DNA of 64,000 nucleotides, from positions 36,149 through 100,148 of the forward strand of contig JAKSPE010000005.1 in NCBI GenBank assembly GCA_024405015.1. Direction: 5' to 3'. This DNA is from Sphaerochaetaceae bacterium (GTDB lineage: Bacteria; Spirochaetota; Spirochaetia; Sphaerochaetales; Sphaerochaetaceae). The notes under the pieces were generated by a model that was not told the DNA's origin, did no database searches, and worked only from the letters and a program-made list of their open reading frames with translations. Shown here piece after piece: positions 63,284 to 64,000 of this stretch. Both the position numbers and the translations under genes were made by a program. The number at the start of each line of letters is the position of its first letter. The stretch's first letter is position 1.

Positions 63284-64000
63284 ATGGTTTTGTGCATCGT
63301 TCTGACTTTGGCTTTGCTTGCCTTGGGTGTGGTAGAGTCCATAGTACATCAGAAGAATCTCAAACGGATCAAAATCCGCATTCTCGTCAACGGAACACGA
63401 GGAAAGACCACAACGGCGAAGCTTCTTGTGGCAGCAATGAACGAGGGTGGAATCCGAACCTTGGGAAGAACAACCGGCTCGGAAGCCCAGATTCTGTTTC
63501 CGGATGGCCACGTGGAGCCTTTTGTGCGTAAGCGCGGTGCCAGTATTCTTGAGATGAAAAGTCTTTTTCGTCTTGCCGTAAAGGAGAATGTGGAGGCTGT
63601 TGTGGTTGAGTGTATGGCGCTGAGGCCTGAAAACCAGAGCGCAATCGCAAAGACTCTGGTCAAACCGACACATGTCGTCATCACAAACACATACATTGAC
63701 CACATTCCGGAAATGGGTGACAGCATCAAACAGACTGCCTATGTCATGGGTCTGAGTGTTCCTGCTGGGGCAAAACTGTTTGTCACAGAGCCCCATTATG
63801 AAAATCTGAAGGCGGAAATCCATCAGGTTGAAGCTTCACAGAAAACCATCGAAGGCAGTGTCCCGATCCATGCAGAGAACTATGCGCTTGCGAAGGCTGT
63901 TCTGGATAGTCTGCACATTGGACCTGAGGCACTGGAAAATGGGGCAAAGACAATTGTTCCAGATGTGGGACTTCATGAGTCGTTTACCGCAAAAGGCGGA
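63284..64000 (+). CDS. pgsB: poly-gamma-glutamate synthase PgsB/CapB (Mur-ligase-like), 5' partial, runs off the window
   Basis: My own translation shows 239 codons with no stop. It is absent from the ORF track because no stop is reached. It has an N-terminal TM helix, HQKNL..I.IRILVNGTRGKTTT (P-loop) and VVECMAL.PE.Q, which parallels my recollection of B. subtilis PgsB. Confidence 0.85.
   Translation, partial: MVLCIVLTLALLALGVVESIVHQKNLKRIKIRILVNGTRGKTTTAKLLVAAMNEGGIRTLGRTTGSEAQILFPDGHVEPFVRKRGASILEMKSLFRLAVKENVEAVVVECMALRPENQSAIAKTLVKPTHVVITNTYIDHIPEMGDSIKQTAYVMGLSVPAGAKLFVTEPHYENLKAEIHQVEASQKTIEGSVPIHAENYALAKAVLDSLHIGPEALENGAKTIVPDVGLHESFTAKGG

Noticed and set aside
63077-63823. 248-aa minus-strand ORF overlapping the esterase 3' end and pgsB
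   Set aside because: The plus-strand frame from 63284 reads as a convincing PgsB N-terminus (TM helix, NGTRGKTTT P-loop). The antisense ORF has no features.

Overview
64-kb chromosomal window with a core of roughly 50% GC and several AT-rich accessory patches (about 1-2 kb, 12.5-17.3 kb, 33.8-35.6 kb, 59.9-60.9 kb). The taxon cannot be fixed from the window. The gene content (HisZ-dependent short HisG, Ddh route to lysine, Rnf, ECF transporter, CsoR/CopA) fits an anaerobic Firmicute-like or spirochaete-like bacterium. Housekeeping content: a YerC/TrpR-like gene followed by hisZGDCBHAFI, thiamine pyrophosphokinase, ddh-lysA, apt, a COG0523 metallochaperone GTPase, uxaA-uxaB, Mo-cofactor/modABC genes, csoR-copA, an acyl-CoA ligase, a Znu/Tro-type metal ABC transporter, an aldose epimerase, an Ala/Na symporter, and the start of a poly-gamma-glutamate (pgsB) locus. 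Accessory content: a DUF4417 gene with a coupled basic/acidic small-protein pair, a DUF4143 ATPase, an AbiEi/AbiEii pair, an XRE module, an AlbA_2/HATPase_c_4 protein and an orphan PD-(D/E)xK nuclease. The most unusual region is 46.6-59.9 kb. It holds a 983-aa secreted protein made of six near-identical FMN_bind-like modules with a non-canonical A-S-C-S motif, directly upstream of ApbE. Next come rnfCDGEA, with a 649-aa triple-domain RnfG and no rnfB. These are followed by a NusG-domain-II protein, a Gx-clan (ECF S-component-like) membrane protein, a PsiE-like protein and an ecfA1-ecfT-ecfA2 module. I read this as one extracytoplasmic flavinylation and electron-transfer system of an undescribed architecture. 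Two families of unexplained intergenic repeats, one GC-rich and apparently structured, are also present. No rRNA, tRNA, CRISPR array or transposase was recognised. All family calls come from by-eye motif recognition, not from searches.
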